Part shown: positions 1-9,410 of the stretch, piece after piece
How the letters are laid out: every line of letters begins with the position of its first letter
Position numbering within the stretch: the first letter of the stretch is position 1
Origin: a bacterium
Lineage (GTDB): Bacteria; JAHJDO01
Assembly: GCA_043824255.1 (NCBI GenBank)
Contig: JBDRTG010000008.1
Coordinates: forward strand, 1-49,842
Length of the DNA stretch: 49,842 bases
Direction of reading: 5' to 3'
Translations under genes and position numbers: made by a program
Notes under the pieces: model-generated
The model's input: only the letters and a program-made list of their open reading frames with translations
What the model was told of the DNA's origin: nothing
The model's database searches: none

Positions 1-140
1 ACAAGGAGTTATCCACAATATGCACAGAATTAACAAAAAGAAAAAGTTTGATCAAAAAGAAAAACTTACTACTACTAATCTTAACAAAATAGGACATTTC
101 TACTTTGGTAAGAATAGGACATTTCTATTTTGGCTTGACA
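1..140. mobile_element. IS terminal segment (IS1202/ISNCY- or IS481-like end), truncated by the window edge
   Basis: Ends ...GGACATTTCTATTTTGGCTTGACA at 140. Two 21-bp direct repeats AATAGGACATTTCTAYTTTGG at 88-108 and 113-133. Bases 3-140 are the exact reverse complement of 49705-49842. No transposase in the window, so the family is inferred from end architecture only. Confidence 0.8.
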
Positions 141-145
141 ATTGC

Positions 146-175
146 TTGACATTTAGGAACTGAATTTGCTATTAT
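146..175 (+). promoter_or_regulatory. sigma70-type promoter for the rib operon
   Basis: TTGACA (146-151), 18 bp, then TG-c-TATTAT extended -10 (167-175), directly before the FMN riboswitch. Confidence 0.7.
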
Positions 176-180
176 AGGCG

Positions 181-331
181 TGTCTTCGGGGCAGGGTGAG
201 AGTCCCTACCGGCGGTAGATCTTCTTGTTGTTAAAGAAAGCCCGCAAGTTCTGGTTTCTGTAATTATGCAGGGACAGGATTGATACGGTGAGAGTCCGTA
301 GCCGACAGTATAGTCTGGATGGGAGAAGATA
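181..331 (+). promoter_or_regulatory. FMN riboswitch (RFN element)
   Basis: GTCTTCGGGGCAGGGTGAGAGTCCCTACCGGCGGT...AGCCCGC...GATACGGTGAGAGTCCGTAGCCGACAGTATAGTCTGGATGGGAGAAGAT, upstream of ribD. Confidence 0.97.
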
Positions 332-348
332 GAGTTTGAACTGGTTTG

Positions 349-375
349 ATCCCGGAGAAATTCGGGATTTTTTTT
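349..375 (+). terminator. Intrinsic terminator (riboswitch expression platform)
   Basis: ATCCCG-gagaaatt-CGGGAT hairpin followed by a T run. Confidence 0.85.
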
Positions 376-395
376 AGTTTAGCTGTAGGAATTAA

Positions 396-1517
396 ATGAT
401 CAACGAAGATATAAAATTTATGAAACTAGTTTTAGCCCTGGCAAGGAAAGGAGAGGGGTATACATCTCCTAATCCAATGGTAGGAGCACTTATTGTTAAA
501 AATGGACAGATTGTTGGGAGAGGATATCACGCGTTTGCTGGAGCGAATCATGCAGAGGTTTGTGCTATTGAGTATGCTGGTGAAAAGGCAAGGCATGGAA
601 CATTGTATGTGAATTTGGAACCATGTGTGCATACCAGTAAAAAAACACCTCCGTGTGTACCGGCTATTATTAAAAATGGATTGAGCAGAGTAGTAATAGG
701 GATGAGAGATCCGAATCCATTAGTAAAAGGCAGGGGTATGCGAGCGTTAGAAAGTGCCAATATTCAGGTTGTATGCGGAGTTATGGAAAAAGAAGCAAAG
801 GAACTTAATAAGATTTATATCAAATATATAACAACTAAACTGTCATTTGTTACAGTTAAATATGCAATGAGTGTTGATGGTAAAATTGCCACAAGAACGG
901 GTGATTCAAAATGGATAAGCAATGATAAATCCAGAAGGTTTGTGCACAGGTTAAGAAGTATCTCTGATGCAGTTCTTATTGGAGTAAATACTGTTATTAA
1001 GGATAATCCTCGTCTTACACCAAGACACGGCAGTATTACAGATAGAATGCCAATAAGAATAATATTGGACAGTAGCGCAAGGATTCCTATGGAATCAAGA
1101 ATTTTGGATACTGTAGGGGCAGGTTTGAAACCTGCCCGCACCATTATTGCAGTTACAAAAGGAGCTTCTAAATCCAATGTGGAAAAACTGAAAGAAAAGG
1201 GTGTTGAAGTAATATGCTGCAAAATGGATAAAAATAAAGTGGTTGATATTCATGACCTTCTTGTTAGATTAGGTAAAAAGAGCATTGCAAACATCCTTGT
1301 TGAAGGGGGCTCAAGAGTGATATCATCATTTATGGAAGAAAGAGCAATAGACAGAATTTATGCTTTTATTGGTCCCAAAATAATAGGTGGAAAGAGTGCA
1401 TTAGTTCCTTTTGGGGACAAGGGAGTAAGTAGAATAAAAGATGCAGTTTCCCTGAAGGATATTAAAGTTAGAAGATTTGAAGATGATATAACGATAGAAG
1501 GGTACCCGAACTGGTAA
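396..1517 (+). CDS. ribD: Bifunctional riboflavin deaminase/reductase
   Basis: PNPMVGA, HAE, LEPC..PPC zinc deaminase motifs; C-terminal reductase with VEGG. Confidence 0.97.
   Translation: MINEDIKFMKLVLALARKGEGYTSPNPMVGALIVKNGQIVGRGYHAFAGANHAEVCAIEYAGEKARHGTLYVNLEPCVHTSKKTPPCVPAIIKNGLSRVVIGMRDPNPLVKGRGMRALESANIQVVCGVMEKEAKELNKIYIKYITTKLSFVTVKYAMSVDGKIATRTGDSKWISNDKSRRFVHRLRSISDAVLIGVNTVIKDNPRLTPRHGSITDRMPIRIILDSSARIPMESRILDTVGAGLKPARTIIAVTKGASKSNVEKLKEKGVEVICCKMDKNKVVDIHDLLVRLGKKSIANILVEGGSRVISSFMEERAIDRIYAFIGPKIIGGKSALVPFGDKGVSRIKDAVSLKDIKVRRFEDDITIEGYPNW
1113..1141. repeat. GTAG-type REP-like palindrome inside ribD
   Basis: GTAG-GGGCAGGTTT-G-AAACCTGCCC-GCAC; GC-rich 10-bp stem in an AT-rich gene; reads VGAGLKPART. 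Confidence 0.7.
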
Positions 1518-1534
1518 CACCGGACAGGTAATAT

Positions 1535-2164
1535 ATGTTTACAGGAATAATTCAGGAAATAGGTAGTATTCTTAGAATAAAAAAGAGTGCTCAAACATGG
1601 GAATTTACCATTGCATCGAAAAGCATAGAGAGCTCAAATATAGGAGATAGTATTGCGGTTAACGGGGTTTGTTTAACTATTACAAAAATAGATGGGAAAG
1701 ATTTCTCAGTGGATGTAATTAATGAAACTTTACAGAGGACGAATCTTGGTTTATTGCGTACGGGAGACAGAGTTAATATTGAGAGACCTCTACGTGTTGG
1801 AGATCAATTAAGTGGGCATTTTGTTCTGGGACATATTGATAATACAGGAACTATTATATCCACAGTTCTTGGCTCTGAGAGAATTCTTGAAGTAGAAACA
1901 AAAGATGAGATTATGACCTATGTTGTTGAGAAAGGTTCTATAGCTGTTGATGGGGTGAGTTTGACAGTTACTGGAGTTTATAAAAAGAGTTTCAAAGTCG
2001 CGCTTATTCCACATACTATCAGTACTACAACACTGTACAATAAGAAAAGAGGGAATGTAGTTAATTTAGAGGTGGATATATTGGGAAAGCATGTTGCTAG
2101 AATTTTGAAAGATAGAAAATCCAAACTAACTTTGGATTTTTTGGAAGAAAAGGGGATTGTTTAA
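1535..2164 (+). CDS. ribE: Riboflavin synthase (alpha chain)
   Basis: MFTGII N-terminus; [12 protein letters not shown] and [13 protein letters not shown] repeats. Confidence 0.97.
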   Translation: MFTGIIQEIGSILRIKKSAQTWEFTIASKSIESSNIGDSIAVNGVCLTITKIDGKDFSVDVINETLQRTNLGLLRTGDRVNIERPLRVGDQLSGHFVLGHIDNTGTIISTVLGSERILEVETKDEIMTYVVEKGSIAVDGVSLTVTGVYKKSFKVALIPHTISTTTLYNKKRGNVVNLEVDILGKHVARILKDRKSKLTLDFLEEKGIV

Positions 2165-2166
2165 AA

Positions 2167-3381
2167 ATGCTAAAGAAATATAAGTTCAATACAATACTGC
2201 AAGTAATAAAGGATATTAAAGAAGGGAAATTTGTTATTGTAGTGGATGATGAGAATAGGGAAAATGAAGGAGATCTGGTTATAGCAGCAGAGAAGATAAC
2301 TTCAGATGGAATTAACTTTATGGCAAAGCATGGCAGGGGTTTAATTTGTGTTCCTATGACAGAAAAGCGCCTGAAAGAGTTAAAAGTTAACGCTATGGTG
2401 CCTGATAGTTCCGACCGGTTGGATACGGCTTTTACAGTATCAGTTGATGCAAAAAAAGGTATAACGACAGGTATATCAGCTCATGACAGAGCATTGACTA
2501 TAAAAAGACTTATAGACTTCAAGACAAAGCCAGATGACTTAACAAAGCCTGGACATATTTTCCCTCTAAAAGCTAAAGCCGGAGGTGTGTTGGAAAGAGC
2601 CGGACATACAGAGGCATCTTTGGACCTAGCAGAGCTGGCTGGATTATATCCCGCTGGTGTAATTTGCGAAATAATGAATGAAGATGGAACCATGTCAAGA
2701 GTTCCTGATCTTAGGAAATTTGCAAGACAATACGATTTAAAAATATGTACAATAGCTGACCTGATTAAATATAAGAGAAAATTCAGAAAATTAGTCAGAA
2801 GGATTGTGGAGACGAAACTGCCAACCAGATATGGGCAGTTTAGGCTCATTGCTTATGAGAGCACAATAGATCACTCTGTCCATATTGCACTTGTAAAGGG
2901 AGATATTAAAAACAAAAAGAATGTGCTTGTAAGGGTACATTCACAATGCTTAACAGGAGATATATTAGGATCTTTAAGATGTGATTGTGGGGAGCAATTG
3001 TCTCAATCATTAACAGAAATTCAAAAGCAAGATGAGGGAGTCCTTCTTTATATGTCTCAAGAGGGCAGGGGGATTGGCTTAGCAAATAAATTGCGTGCGT
3101 ACAGTCTTCAGGATAAGGGATTAGATACAGTCGAAGCAAATGTAGAGCTCGGATTTCATCCGGATTTAAGAGATTATGGAATTGGAGCCCAGATACTGGC
3201 GGATTTAGGACTGAAAACTATACGTCTCCTGACAAACAATCCGAAGAAGATTATTGGATTGCAAGGCTATGGTTTGAAGGTTACAGAGAGGATTTCTATT
3301 GAGATTGAGCCAACGAAGTATAATAGAAAATATCTCAAGACAAAGAAAAAAAAATTAGGGCATATACTGAGACACATATAG
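2167..3381 (+). CDS. ribBA: DHBP synthase / GTP cyclohydrolase II
   Basis: [42 protein letters not shown]. Confidence 0.98.
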   Translation: MLKKYKFNTILQVIKDIKEGKFVIVVDDENRENEGDLVIAAEKITSDGINFMAKHGRGLICVPMTEKRLKELKVNAMVPDSSDRLDTAFTVSVDAKKGITTGISAHDRALTIKRLIDFKTKPDDLTKPGHIFPLKAKAGGVLERAGHTEASLDLAELAGLYPAGVICEIMNEDGTMSRVPDLRKFARQYDLKICTIADLIKYKRKFRKLVRRIVETKLPTRYGQFRLIAYESTIDHSVHIALVKGDIKNKKNVLVRVHSQCLTGDILGSLRCDCGEQLSQSLTEIQKQDEGVLLYMSQEGRGIGLANKLRAYSLQDKGLDTVEANVELGFHPDLRDYGIGAQILADLGLKTIRLLTNNPKKIIGLQGYGLKVTERISIEIEPTKYNRKYLKTKKKKLGHILRHI

Positions 3382-3446
3382 AGTAAAATAGCAAATTTCA
3401 AATGACAAATAACAAACAAAAAGATCAAAAAACAGGAGGGGTAAAA

Positions 3447-3914
3447 ATGAAAGTGTATGAAGGGAAACTAGTTGTTGAAGGAAAGAAGTTTGGTGTTGTT
3501 GTATCAAGGTTCAATGAGTTCATTACATCAAAGATGCTGGATGCATGCGTGGATACACTCAAGCGTCACGGCGCTAAGGATAAAGAGATAGCTATTACCT
3601 GGGTGCCTGGATCATTTGAGATTCCTTATGCAGCAGACAAGATGGCGAAAAGCAAGAAGTATGATAGTGTTATTTGTATTGGCGCATTGATTCGCGGAGG
3701 CACACCTCATTTTGACTATATAAGCTCACAGGTAACAAAGGGAATAGGCCAAGTCTCTCTTTCTACAGGAGTGCCTGTGATATATGGTGTAATTACCTGC
3801 GATACATTGGAGCAGGCAATTGAAAGAGCAGGAACAAAATCTGGAAACAAGGGCAGGGACGCTGCTCTCTCAGCAATTGAAATGGTGAATCTGTTTGATG
3901 AGATAGGAAAGTAA
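3447..3914 (+). CDS. ribH: 6,7-dimethyl-8-ribityllumazine synthase
   Basis: [27 protein letters not shown]. Start moved to ATG 3447 behind an AGGAGG RBS. Confidence 0.97.
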   Translation: MKVYEGKLVVEGKKFGVVVSRFNEFITSKMLDACVDTLKRHGAKDKEIAITWVPGSFEIPYAADKMAKSKKYDSVICIGALIRGGTPHFDYISSQVTKGIGQVSLSTGVPVIYGVITCDTLEQAIERAGTKSGNKGRDAALSAIEMVNLFDEIGK

Positions 3915-3964
3915 ATGGGAAGCAGATAGTTAAATACTCACTCTGGATTTTGCAGGAGCAAAAA

Positions 3965-5806
3965 ATGGTAGATAAACTAGATCTTTTTCCTCTGGAAACG
4001 AAGGTAACGGATATCTTCTCCCGATCAAAGGTGCCGGATGGTTGGAAACCTACCGGCTTTACCAAAGATATCTATGTGAAGTTGAGTGAACCAATTGTGA
4101 GACAAGCCGCTGCCTGGCAGGATAAAGACGGCAGAATAATTGATCCGTATGAACCTGGCGATACAACCGGTTTCCCGTCTTTTACCGCCGCACGTTTTAT
4201 CGGGGCTTTGGGCTTTCTAATCAGCGCGGGACGATGCTTGGACCTGGTTGACGTTTGCACGCGAAGTCTTGATATAACGTGCAGCGATCTTTTCCATGCT
4301 CATGAAAAACCCATCCGCGGAGCTGAGTTTTACCCCAAGGAACTCATGAGGGGATATCTCGCCCTGCGAGACAACATGGACCAAAACACTGTCAAGAGGT
4401 GGAAGAACCTCCTCGGCGGATACGACCCGGAAAAAAATTACTCAAAAGTGCTTTCAAAACGAAAGCCAGATGAACTCCATAATTTCGTCACATTCGCCAT
4501 TGCAGGGGAAGCCTGCAAGAAAAAATACGGCATTGCTGATAACACTAATTTCATTGAAAGACATATCGAAACGCAGAAACAGTGGTTCACCACGTTCGGC
4601 ATGTATCGTGATCCCAATGATCCCATGACATATGATTATACCTCTCGCATGAACCTGTCGCTGCTGCTGTTCTGGGGCTATGATGGCGTTCATCGCGCGT
4701 TTGTGGACGAGATGTTGAGAAGGGGCGGATTGACGATGCTTCTTTATCTTTCCCCCACCGGAGAGGCCCCGTTTGGTGGCAGGAGTAATCAGTTCCATTT
4801 TACCGAAGGCACCATTGCCCTGATCTGCGAGTATGAAGCCAACCGATACAAAGCTTTGGGCAATATGCGGCTTGCTGGGGCTTTCAAGCGAGTCGCCAGA
4901 CTAACAGCGTTATCAACAAAGAGATGGCTGGACTTGACTCCCATTAGGTATGTTAAAAACGCGTTTCCTCCCGAGACTCAACATGGACGACAATCCACAT
5001 ATGGTTTCTATGGAGTCTACTCTCTCCTTATCGCTAGTCAGTTCGGCTTCGTACATCTCATGGCCGATGACAGCATAGAAGAACAACCGGCTCCTTTTGA
5101 GACGGATGGTTATATAATACACCTCTCCGATGCCTTTCATAAGGTCTTTGCAACATGTCAAGGATACCATCTTGAAATAGATACCAAAGCTGATCATCAT
5201 TATGATGCTACCGGACTAGGGAGAATCCATCGTACCTTTGCCCCCAGCGAGTTGGCGCTTTCAACCCCCATTGTCCCGAATCCCAATTACCTGGTCTCAA
5301 TTCACCCCGCACCGCGAAGCGTAGCCATCGGTCCCGGCTGGCAGGATAGTTGTGGAAATGTTCACTGGCTGGCTGATTTCTCAGATGAGATTCGTCAGGT
5401 TCAGGTGGATATTCAAAAAGAGACCCTCCAGAGGATAGAATTTCAGGTGGAATATAAAGGCGGAATGATCGGTTGCGAATCCGTTATGGAACATTATCAC
5501 CTTGACAGTAATGGCTTGGTAATTACCGATACTGTTTCCGGTTCTATTGCAACCCTTCTTGTGCAAGTTCCTTTATTGGAAACGGACGGCATGCATACTG
5601 CAAAGATTAATATCACTCAGAACGGTTTTGCCATAACATACCAGAAATATCAGTACATGGTTGAATGCCTCTACCCGTCGAACGTTGAAGTTTTCATGGA
5701 ACCCTTCACTGCACCCAATCGCAACGGTATTTATAAAGTCGGGGTCTTTAAGGTTAAAGGAAACAGAATAGTATATCGGCTTAACATAACAAACGGATGC
5801 ACTTGA
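3965..5806 (+). CDS. Hypothetical protein (~613 aa), possibly a carbohydrate-active helical + beta-sandwich enzyme
   Basis: Long ORF with AGGAG RBS before ATG 3965; visibly more GC-rich than its neighbours. Function is a guess. Confidence 0.75.
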   Translation: MVDKLDLFPLETKVTDIFSRSKVPDGWKPTGFTKDIYVKLSEPIVRQAAAWQDKDGRIIDPYEPGDTTGFPSFTAARFIGALGFLISAGRCLDLVDVCTRSLDITCSDLFHAHEKPIRGAEFYPKELMRGYLALRDNMDQNTVKRWKNLLGGYDPEKNYSKVLSKRKPDELHNFVTFAIAGEACKKKYGIADNTNFIERHIETQKQWFTTFGMYRDPNDPMTYDYTSRMNLSLLLFWGYDGVHRAFVDEMLRRGGLTMLLYLSPTGEAPFGGRSNQFHFTEGTIALICEYEANRYKALGNMRLAGAFKRVARLTALSTKRWLDLTPIRYVKNAFPPETQHGRQSTYGFYGVYSLLIASQFGFVHLMADDSIEEQPAPFETDGYIIHLSDAFHKVFATCQGYHLEIDTKADHHYDATGLGRIHRTFAPSELALSTPIVPNPNYLVSIHPAPRSVAIGPGWQDSCGNVHWLADFSDEIRQVQVDIQKETLQRIEFQVEYKGGMIGCESVMEHYHLDSNGLVITDTVSGSIATLLVQVPLLETDGMHTAKINITQNGFAITYQKYQYMVECLYPSNVEVFMEPFTAPNRNGIYKVGVFKVKGNRIVYRLNITNGCT

Positions 5807-5856
5807 CGGATATTCTGCTTGCGCTCCATAGCCGCAAATGATCCTGATCATTCAAT
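5784..5856 (+). other. Degenerate integron attC-like site
   Basis: ACATAAC (R''), then GGAT-g-CACTTG-a-CGG pairing with CCG-CAAATG-ATCC around two extrahelical bases. ATT stands where the R' GTT is expected (5850-5852). Confidence 0.6.
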
Positions 5857-5870
5857 AAAAAAACAATAAA

Positions 5871-5927
5871 GTCGTCCTGCGGCCAAGTCGCAGAACGACG
5901 AGATTGCTTCACTTTGTTCGCAATGAC
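5871..5927. repeat. Intergenic palindromic repeat (GTCGTCCTGCG...CGCAGAACGAC plus GAGATTGCTTC...CGCAATGAC)
   Basis: Hairpin at 5871-5899. The 5900-5927 unit has a near-identical copy at 20180-20206. Confidence 0.65.
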
Positions 5928-6006
5928 GGATTTATGTAATTTTAAATTGTTATTTTAAAATTACATGGTAATATCAAAACATGAGAGATGTTCAAAAGGA
6001 TTTGTT

Positions 6007-6459
6007 ATGGGAAGTCGGAGAAAAGGAAGAGAACTTGTTCTGACACTGTTGTATAGAGCAGAGTTTTCTAGTGATAAGAATATAAAGCGGGCTATAGAAA
6101 ATATTATCAAGCTTGACCCAACGGGTCTTGATACTGAACAATATGGATCAAATATAGCAGATTTTGCAGAGGATTTATTTAGAGGAGTACTTGCAAATAG
6201 AGAGACAATCGATAAACTTCTTGAGAAGTATCTGGAGCACTGGGAGATAGACAGAGTAGCAGTTATAGATAAAAGCATAATGAAAATGGCTATATATGAG
6301 ATACTCTTTAGAGATGATATTCCTGATGTCGTATCCATTAATGAAGCGGTGGAGTTGGCCAAGAAATATAGTACAGAGAATAGTGGAGGATTTGTTAACG
6401 GAATTCTTGACAGGATAAGAAAAGATAAAAGGGAAATATTGAAATCTATAAATGAATAG
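6007..6459 (+). CDS. nusB: Transcription antitermination factor NusB
   Basis: RRKGRE N-terminus, VSINEAVELAKKY, FVNGILD; start set at ATG 6007. Confidence 0.96.
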   Translation: MGSRRKGRELVLTLLYRAEFSSDKNIKRAIENIIKLDPTGLDTEQYGSNIADFAEDLFRGVLANRETIDKLLEKYLEHWEIDRVAVIDKSIMKMAIYEILFRDDIPDVVSINEAVELAKKYSTENSGGFVNGILDRIRKDKREILKSINE

Positions 6460-8254
6460 AAACAAAATTGAGGAAATAGTTCTCTGGTTCAGCACAGGAT
6501 TTCTGGCATTTCTCGTTCTATTTAGACCGCTAGTCTCCGGAATGAGCTATCCCTGGTCGAATACTATATGTCAGCTTACTATTTTACTAATTTTAGCAGT
6601 TTGGCTTACTAAGTGTGTCTGGTTGGGTAGATTTAGTCTGGTTAAAACATCCTTGTATATTCCAATATTAAGTTTTGCTTTTTTCATTGTTTTATCCTGT
6701 ATATACTCAGTTAATCTTAATGCCAGCTTAAAGCAAACCTATATTATTATTCCAAATATCTTATTGTGTTTTTTAGTTGTAAATATTGTTAAGAAAAAGA
6801 AGCAGGTTTTTATAATCACAGCATGTTTGGTACTAGCAGCAACCATTGTTTCTCTCTATGGTATCTATCAGTATTTCTGGGGATTAGAGGAGACAAGAAG
6901 CTGGGTTCTTCAGCAGAATATGCAATTTCCTCCAGAGGTGCTTTCAAGATTGGGTATTAATCAAGCTTTTTCAACATTTGTTATTCGTAATACATTAGCA
7001 GGATATCTTTTGTTAATACTGCCTCTTTGTATTTCCTTATTTTTTGTTTCCAAATCTTTTTATAGGTTGCTACTTAGTGTGGCAGCAGTGAGTGTTGTTT
7101 TATGTCTTTATCTTACATATTCCAAGGGAGGATGGGGGATTTTTTTAATATTGGTCTTAGTATCAATTCTGATTTTGATATATAAGAAATTCAGGCATAA
7201 GAAGAGGTTTCACATAGTTTCAATATCAGCAATAGTTGGGTTGATTATATTCTCTGCAATATTCCTGAAAATTGTTGATAGAACCTATATGATCCATGAC
7301 ACGTTAGGTTCTTTTAAAGTAAGGTTAAATTACTGGAAAGCATGTCCGGGTATGGTTAGAGATTTTCCATTTGGCAGTGGGATAGGTACATTTGGAAGTA
7401 TTTATCCAAAGTACAAGGCCCCACAGGCGAGGGAGGTACAACTTGCACACAATAGTTTTCTGCAACTCTGGACTGAGATAGGAACACTTGGAATATTAAG
7501 TTTTTTATTGATATGGATTATGTTTTTTAGGGATTGGGAGAAAACGTTTCGCATTGCGTATCTAAAGGTACTAAGTATTGGTATGTATATGGGATGTGGT
7601 GCTTTCTTGATCCATAATCTGGTTGATTTTGGTTTCTATGTGCCAGGAATATCAATGAATGTATGGCTGTTTATAGGAATGATAGAGGCCATGAAGACAA
7701 AAAGCAAGAAAGGCACAGATGCATCCCGAAAGCTTTCGGGATGCAGAGGCATGAAAATAGTATTTTCTATGTTTTTGGTTTTAGTTGTATGGGTAATGTC
7801 TATTATTTTAGTCAGGCCATCAATTGCAGAGATACATAAGGACAGAGCAATTAATTATTTACGCAGTAAGAATCTTGGATTTGCTGAAGAAGAACTTGAG
7901 ACAGCAATCCGGTTTGATAAGACCAATAGCCAGTACTACTCTCTATTGGGGAAAACATTAGAGCAGAAAGGCAGGTTTGAGGAAGCAATAGCTCTTTATA
8001 GAAAAGCAATAGCGCACAATAAATATATGCCGCATTATCACTTTGCTTTGGGAAAACTTCTTATTATGAGAGGCAAAGAAAACAGTGTAATGATAGAAGA
8101 AGGTATTAAGGAATTTGAAAAGACCGTAGAATTATATCCTACAAAACCTTTTTATCTAAAAAATCTTGCATATGTCTATAATCTTATTGGCAGGAATGAG
8201 GAAGCGGATAATTTGCTGTTAAAGGCGGAGCAGATGGGAAAGGCACGTGAGTAA
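6452..8254 (+). CDS. O-antigen ligase (Wzy_C) family membrane protein with C-terminal TPRs
   Basis: Many TM segments; TYSKGG, R..YW, GSGIGTF, AHNSFLQ; TPR-like C-terminus. Confidence 0.88.
   Translation: MNRNKIEEIVLWFSTGFLAFLVLFRPLVSGMSYPWSNTICQLTILLILAVWLTKCVWLGRFSLVKTSLYIPILSFAFFIVLSCIYSVNLNASLKQTYIIIPNILLCFLVVNIVKKKKQVFIITACLVLAATIVSLYGIYQYFWGLEETRSWVLQQNMQFPPEVLSRLGINQAFSTFVIRNTLAGYLLLILPLCISLFFVSKSFYRLLLSVAAVSVVLCLYLTYSKGGWGIFLILVLVSILILIYKKFRHKKRFHIVSISAIVGLIIFSAIFLKIVDRTYMIHDTLGSFKVRLNYWKACPGMVRDFPFGSGIGTFGSIYPKYKAPQAREVQLAHNSFLQLWTEIGTLGILSFLLIWIMFFRDWEKTFRIAYLKVLSIGMYMGCGAFLIHNLVDFGFYVPGISMNVWLFIGMIEAMKTKSKKGTDASRKLSGCRGMKIVFSMFLVLVVWVMSIILVRPSIAEIHKDRAINYLRSKNLGFAEEELETAIRFDKTNSQYYSLLGKTLEQKGRFEEAIALYRKAIAHNKYMPHYHFALGKLLIMRGKENSVMIEEGIKEFEKTVELYPTKPFYLKNLAYVYNLIGRNEEADNLLLKAEQMGKARE
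7720..7745. repeat. Perfect 26-bp palindrome inside a CDS
   Basis: TGCATCCCGAAAG|CTTTCGGGATGCA. Confidence 0.85.
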
Positions 8255-9323
8255 TATGTATAAGAGGCGCATCAAAAAACTAAGACACAGGTTAGATAAC
8301 TCAGGGCTAAACTTTTTTATAGTTACAAATATTCGCAACTGCTGTTACTTGACAGGCTTTACTGGTTCTGAAGGTGTGGTGCTCATCACTCCAACATTGG
8401 TTTATCTTATTGTAGATTTTCGGTATATGGAACAGGCGCAGAAGGAGGCAAAGAATACAAAAGTCATTAAAAGGGAGGGGGCTTTGCACTTGTTGTTAGC
8501 AGATCTATTGAAGAAATATAAAAATAAAAAAATTGCTTTTGAGTCAGATTCCATAACCTTTAAACAGCATAAAGAGATAAAAAAATCATTGCCACAGAAT
8601 CGTCTTATACCAACATTGAATGTAGCGGAAGGTTTGAGGGCTATTAAATATGGAGGAGAGATCGCTTCAATAGAAAAGGCAGCAAGAATCAGTGATGAAG
8701 TGTTTAAACATATCTGTGATTTTATAAAACCTGGTAGAAGTGAGATCAATGTTGCAGCAGAGATAGAACATGTGGCAAAAAGAAAATGGTCATCTTGTGT
8801 GGGGTTTGATACAATAGTGCTTTCAGGAGAGAGAACATCTCTTCCTCATGGGGCGCCATCGCAGGATTTATTAAAAAACGGCATTGTTCTTTTGGACTTT
8901 GGGTGTGTATTTTCAGGTTATAACTCGGATATGACAAGAACCATATTTCTCGGGAAAGCAACAATAAAACAAAAAAAAATCTACAATATTGTTTTAGAAG
9001 CACAGAAAATTGCTATTCAGAGTATAAGACCGGGAATAAAAGCATCCTGTATAGATAAAGCAGCGCGTGATTATATAGCTGATAAAGGATATAGCAAATA
9101 CTTTGGACACAGCACTGGTCATGGTGTTGGATTGGATATACACGAGCTTCCTGCTGTATCAGCTAGAAGTAATGAAGTATTACAGCCAGGTATGGTTTTT
9201 ACAATTGAGCCTGGCATATACATCCCGGAATGGGGTGGTATCAGGATAGAAGACATGGTGCAGGTAACAGACGATGGATATAAAATTATCACAAAATCAT
9301 CCAAAGAGATGATAGAGATTTAA
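8247..9323 (+). CDS. Xaa-Pro peptidase (M24 family)
   Basis: YLTGFTGS, DFG..Y.SDMTRT, HSTGHGVGLDIHE, TIEPGIY, GIRIED. Confidence 0.95.
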   Translation: MSNMYKRRIKKLRHRLDNSGLNFFIVTNIRNCCYLTGFTGSEGVVLITPTLVYLIVDFRYMEQAQKEAKNTKVIKREGALHLLLADLLKKYKNKKIAFESDSITFKQHKEIKKSLPQNRLIPTLNVAEGLRAIKYGGEIASIEKAARISDEVFKHICDFIKPGRSEINVAAEIEHVAKRKWSSCVGFDTIVLSGERTSLPHGAPSQDLLKNGIVLLDFGCVFSGYNSDMTRTIFLGKATIKQKKIYNIVLEAQKIAIQSIRPGIKASCIDKAARDYIADKGYSKYFGHSTGHGVGLDIHELPAVSARSNEVLQPGMVFTIEPGIYIPEWGGIRIEDMVQVTDDGYKIITKSSKEMIEI

Positions 9324-9360
9324 AAAGCCAAATAAAACGCCAATTTATTTGGCGAATGTA

Positions 9361-9389
9361 TTGACATTTATGTTGTCATATGATATGTT
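9361..9389 (+). promoter_or_regulatory. Promoter of the TA operon with overlapping inverted repeat (probable auto-operator)
   Basis: TTGACA-17-TATGTT; TGACA...TGTCA inverted repeat overlapping the -35 and spacer. Confidence 0.6.
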
Positions 9390-9410
9390 TTAATTGGGAG
9401 GAAAAATATT

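Noticed and set aside
9..140. oriC (DnaA box plus AT-rich repeats)
   Set aside because: Only one perfect box, duplicated at the other end within the IS-like repeat, and no dnaA, dnaN or gidA context.
141..175. dif/XerCD site next to the IS end
   Set aside because: No 11-6-11 palindromic arrangement; the sequence fits a sigma70 promoter better.
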